From Chrysochromulina tobinii (taxonomy: Eukaryota): 48,883 bases of DNA. This document shows, piece by piece, positions 44,894 to 48,883 of the stretch; within the stretch, counting starts at the first letter, position 1, and each line of letters starts with the position of its first letter. Location of the stretch: the NCBI GenBank assembly GCA_001275005.1, contig JWZX01003216.1, positions 1 through 48,883 of the forward strand, written 5' to 3'. A program made the position numbers and the translations under genes. The notes beneath the pieces were generated by a model that saw nothing but the letters and a program-made list of their open reading frames with translations, did no database searches and was not told the origin of the DNA.

Positions 44894-46429
44894 ATGTCGA
44901 ACGTCCGGGTGCTCGTGCACCTGACGGTGCGGGCGGAAACGTCACCCGGCGATGCGCTGGTCATCGTGGGCTCCACGCCCCACATGGGGAGCTGGGATGC
45001 GAGTGCCTCGCAGGCCAAGATGAGGCGCGTCGAGGACAGATCCAGCAATGCGTGGCGCTGCGAGTTCTGGGTCAGCGCCAACGAGGAGCTGGAGTACAAG
45101 GTGGCGATCGTGCGGGCCTTCGACGCCGGCGCCGGATGGGCCGTTGATGACTTCAACGTGCAGTTTGAGGACGTCAGCCGACAACTCATCCTCGCTCCAG
45201 ACGAATATTCTGACGGTGACTTTGCGCGCCTGAGCCTTGAGTTTGGTCAGCCAGGGGACGTGCGCCTTCGGCAGCAGCAGCAGCCGAAGCTGCACAGGGC
45301 TCGAAAGGCGTATGCGAAACGCGCCGTCGCGCTCATCGCTGAGGAGCGCAAGAGCGAGCGGCTACACGAGTCGTGCCCTCCTTGCATCTCGCCTCGTACC
45401 TTCCTCGAACGCGTCGTGACGCCTGCGGCAGGCCCCGCTGCGCACCTCACCGCTGCGCTCGCCGCTGCGCCGCGCATGCCCCCTGCAGAGCCGCCCCGAG
45501 AGCGCCCCCTCGACCATACTAAGGACCAACATACCCTGGACCGCCACCTAGAGGGAGTGACTGTGAATGAGAATACCCGGGACCGCCACCTCGAGGGAGT
45601 GACTGCTGTGAATGAGAATACCCGGGACCGCCACCTCGAGCTTAACCTCGAGCACCGCCATGAGCTGATGTCGCCTTCCGCGCCCCGGGAGGTACCGACA
45701 TGGAACATGCCGAGCCGTACGCTCAGCCACTTGACGCCGCAGCCACGTCCCGTCGAGCTGACGGCTGAAGTGACGTCTGAGGAGGGGCATGCTGACTGCT
45801 CTCCACCGGCCGGTGTGGAATGGTTGCGCGCGCGCCTCGCTAGCGCACGAGCTGCCTCAGCCGCTGCTCTCAACATTACAAGTGCTCGGCAGGACGCTCG
45901 GAAGGTAGCTGTCGCCGCTCCTAGCCCGGTCGTCTACGACGCACTGACCGGCCGCCGGCAGCTGCCAACGCCGCCGACCTCGAGCTCGACAGGTGGTGCG
46001 CAGACTACGACGCCAACTCGCGGCGTCATGTCACTCGGTCCCGGCTCCCCACTCCCCGCTCACTACCGACTCCGCCTCGCCCCACCGTCCCGCTACACTC
46101 CATGGGCGCCGCTAGAGGCTGTGCCGACGCCCCCTGCGACACCAGCACCCGTGGCTGCTGCGTCTGCCCAGAGCATAGTTTGCACCCCTGTGAGCGATGT
46201 ATTGAGCGCTCCACCGATCGCCCCAGCTGCACCGCCGACCGCACAACACACGCCGCCGTCGCGCCCAATACAGCGCCCCAAGGAACTTACCCCGGCACCT
46301 TCTCACGCGCGCACCTCACGGACCTACGTGCGCACGCTGTCGTCTCCAAAGCCCATTCGCGAGGCTCGCGTGCCGCCTGCGGTGCGTAGGCTCATGTTGC
46401 ATGCGCACCTTGCCAACATGGGCATGTGA
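44894..46429 (+). CDS. CBM20 carbohydrate-binding-domain protein with long Pro-rich disordered tail
   Basis: VHLTVRAETSPGDALVIVGSTPHMGSWD....M......W...F......LEYKVAI is the CBM20 signature. Confidence 0.75.
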   Translation: MSNVRVLVHLTVRAETSPGDALVIVGSTPHMGSWDASASQAKMRRVEDRSSNAWRCEFWVSANEELEYKVAIVRAFDAGAGWAVDDFNVQFEDVSRQLILAPDEYSDGDFARLSLEFGQPGDVRLRQQQQPKLHRARKAYAKRAVALIAEERKSERLHESCPPCISPRTFLERVVTPAAGPAAHLTAALAAAPRMPPAEPPRERPLDHTKDQHTLDRHLEGVTVNENTRDRHLEGVTAVNENTRDRHLELNLEHRHELMSPSAPREVPTWNMPSRTLSHLTPQPRPVELTAEVTSEEGHADCSPPAGVEWLRARLASARAASAAALNITSARQDARKVAVAAPSPVVYDALTGRRQLPTPPTSSSTGGAQTTTPTRGVMSLGPGSPLPAHYRLRLAPPSRYTPWAPLEAVPTPPATPAPVAAASAQSIVCTPVSDVLSAPPIAPAAPPTAQHTPPSRPIQRPKELTPAPSHARTSRTYVRTLSSPKPIREARVPPAVRRLMLHAHLANMGM

Positions 46430-46929
46430 CGCTCTCGAGCGACGACCGATGCGGCGTGGTCGGAGACCGGTTCTGGTAAGAAGTTACAATTGTTCTTCCA
46501 CAGAGTCGCGAGAGTGGCGCAGACACAAACCGCCACACAAGCGTGCCCCGCCCCGGAGTCGGTAGAGCGCGTGCTGCGCGGGGCGGCGCTGCCTCGCACT
46601 CGAGAAAAAGGTGAAAGCTGCGTGAAACAGATTTGTTGCATTTTCTTCAAACCATTTGAGCTTTCCAATTGCAATACCATGTTGGGTTTATCATGAGGTT
46701 TATCATTGGGCGTATTCCTCAAAGCTCAATTCTTCGAGCCGCAGCTGATGTGGTCGTGGTCCAGTGGTGCAGCAGCTGCTGCTCCAGGCGGATGATTAGA
46801 GCATTAATTATAGAGCATGTGGTGACCCATAGGTTGAGATTGCACAGGCCGTCGTGCCTAAGCCCCTAACCCTCACCCAGGACGTGCCGATCTTGGAGAA
46901 ACGCCCGGGCGCTTTCCTTCCAGGGGGTG

Positions 46930-48721
46930 TCAGTCGAGCGCGCGGCGCGCGCCGCTCACCAGCGCCGCGTGCTCCGTGGCGCTCAGCGGCACAAACGATC
47001 TTGCCGCCGCGTCTCGCACGAAGAGGTCGTCCCCGCCAGTGAGGCGAGGGTCGCAGCCCGCCGCCTGGAGCGCTGCCTTTTTGGGCTTGAACGTCTGCGT
47101 AGTCTCGATGGGCGTCGTGCCGCGCAGCAGCCGGATGAAGCGCGGATGCGCGTACCTAATGAGGGTGGTCATCACAGATGATCAGAGGCAATCAGAAGCA
47201 ATCAGAGGCGACTGACGAAGCGCGGATGCGCGTACGGCGGCAGCTGCTCGTCCAGCGCCGCGTACAAGCGCGCCATGTCGGGCGCGGGAGCTCCGATCTC
47301 CATCTCGAGCGCCGCCATGCCCACGCGACCGTCCACGTGAGGCACCGCCACGCCGTACCTGATGAGGCAGGCCATCAGACGCAATCAGACGCAATCTCCG
47401 TCCACGTGAGGCACCGCCACGCCGCACCTGATGAGGCAGGCCATCAGAGGCCATCAGACGCAATCTCCCTCGGGGCGGCGTTCCTGATGAGGAGCACCAT
47501 CAGAGGCACTCAGTCAGGCCATCATCAGCTGCCATCAGAGAGGCCATCCAGGGGGCGAGTACTCGCGCATAAGCAGCCCACGTACACGACGCACTGAGCC
47601 ACGCGTAAGTGGGCGATGCCGCCCAGGACGGCGGCTACCTCGGCAGTGCTCACGTTCTCGCCCTTGTACCGGTATGTGTCGCCCATTCGGTCGACGAAAT
47701 AGACGAAACCGTCGGCATCCGCCTGCAGCAGGTCGCCGGTGCGGAACCAGCAGTCGCCACGTTATATAAAGTGGAAGCCATCAAGGTCAATCAAGGGAGA
47801 TCGCACCTGCAGCAGGTCGCCGGTGCGGAACCAGCAGTCGCCACGCTTGAGCACATCGAAGACGAGCTTGCGCCGTGTCGCCTCGCGATCCGTGTAGCCG
47901 GCGAAGTTGCGAGACGCATCGCGCTGGTCCACCTGCAGGCATGCACTCAACTGCCATCAACAGCCGCCCTGGGCGCCATCGTGAGCGAGCCGTGGCAATC
48001 GACGGCAATCAGTGGCACTCAGGGCGCCATCGTGAGCGAGCCGTGGCAATCGACGGCACTCAGTGGCACTCAGTGGCACTCAGGCGCACTCAGGCGCACT
48101 CACCTTGCCCAGCAGCTCGCCCGGCTCCCCCGGCTGGCACGGGACGCCCAACCCATCAGGGCCCCGGAGCAGCGCCCCCGCGCCGTCCCGGGCACAACCG
48201 GGCTCCGCCGTCTCGGGCGCGAGGCGCATCAGGCAGACGGGGTACAGAGGCTTGAGAAGCGGCGAGATGAAACCGACGGCGCCGGGGTGATTCTCGGTGT
48301 TGGCGAGATTGGCGTTGCCTTCTGTGGAAGCATAGACTTCGCCTACGCGCGGGATGCCGAAGCGGGAGACCAGGCGAGGCCAGACGTCCGGTCGGAGCCC
48401 GTTGCCGAAAAAGAGGCGCACGCGATGGGAGCGCTCGTGCTCCGAAGGCGGCGCATGCACGAGGTAACGGCAGAGCTCGCCCACCTGCATGCAAGGTCAT
48501 CAGAGGTCATCAGAGGTCATCAGAGGTCATCAGAGGTCATCAGAGGTCATCAGAGGTCATCAGAGGTAACGGCAGAGGTCATCAGAGGTAACGGCAGAGC
48601 TCGCCCACATATTGCACGACGGTGCACTCGTTCGTGGCCACGTCTTTCCAAAAGGTACTTGCCGAGAACTTTCGCGCCAGGACCATCGGGATACCGAGCC
48701 ACCAGCAGATCGAAAAGGCAC
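46930..48721 (-). CDS. long-chain fatty-acid transport protein / very-long-chain acyl-CoA synthetase (FATP/SLC27 family), 5'-truncated
   Basis: [114 protein letters not shown]. Introns at 48485-48608, 47933-48103, 47723-47806, 47359-47585 and 47156-47235; another starts at 48722 and runs off the window. Confidence 0.92.
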
Positions 48722-48883
48722 CTGCATGCATGCAATCAGAGGCACTCAGCGAGGCACTCAGAGAGGCACTCGGCGAGGCGCTCAGAGAGGCAATCAGAGA
48801 GGCACTCAGAGAGGCACTCAGAGAGGCACTCAGAGAGGCAATCAGTGAGGAAATCAGAGAGGCACTCAGAGAGGCAATCAATA

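Overview
GC-rich, gene-dense eukaryotic genomic DNA with short spliceosomal introns (GT/GC-AG). Gene content (plastid ClpS, four-domain cation channel, selenoprotein, NLRC3-like LRR gene) suggests a microalga, most likely a haptophyte of the Chrysochromulina type; this assignment is inference. I read about 18 genes plus one pseudogene. They are: a 5'-truncated NACHT-ankyrin-SPRY-LRR gene; an unknown ORF with a frameshifted paralogue; a CoA synthase (PPAT+DPCK) fused to an HD-family domain; WW, GRDP/ubiquitin-like, ChrA, ClpS and triple-AAA genes; an intronless four-domain Nav/Cav-like channel; an FkbM methyltransferase; two tandem PAN-domain secreted paralogues; Cys-rich, EF-hand-like, SH3-MORN and CBM20 genes; and a 5'-truncated FATP. 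Two things stand out. (1) At 35103-36601 (-) there is a probable two-selenocysteine protein (thioredoxin-like UGGC, SH3-like barrel, Cys-rich linker with a second in-frame UGA, hemerythrin) with a well-formed 3'UTR SECIS; the ORF track splits it into pieces. (2) There is an apparent intron-generating system: many introns are bounded by 16-40 bp duplications of exon sequence across the splice site, are filled with sense-oriented CTGAT tandem arrays and/or a shared 24-bp motif, and sometimes contain copies of the spliced exon-exon junction. All coordinates and domain calls were read by eye; no database searches were run.
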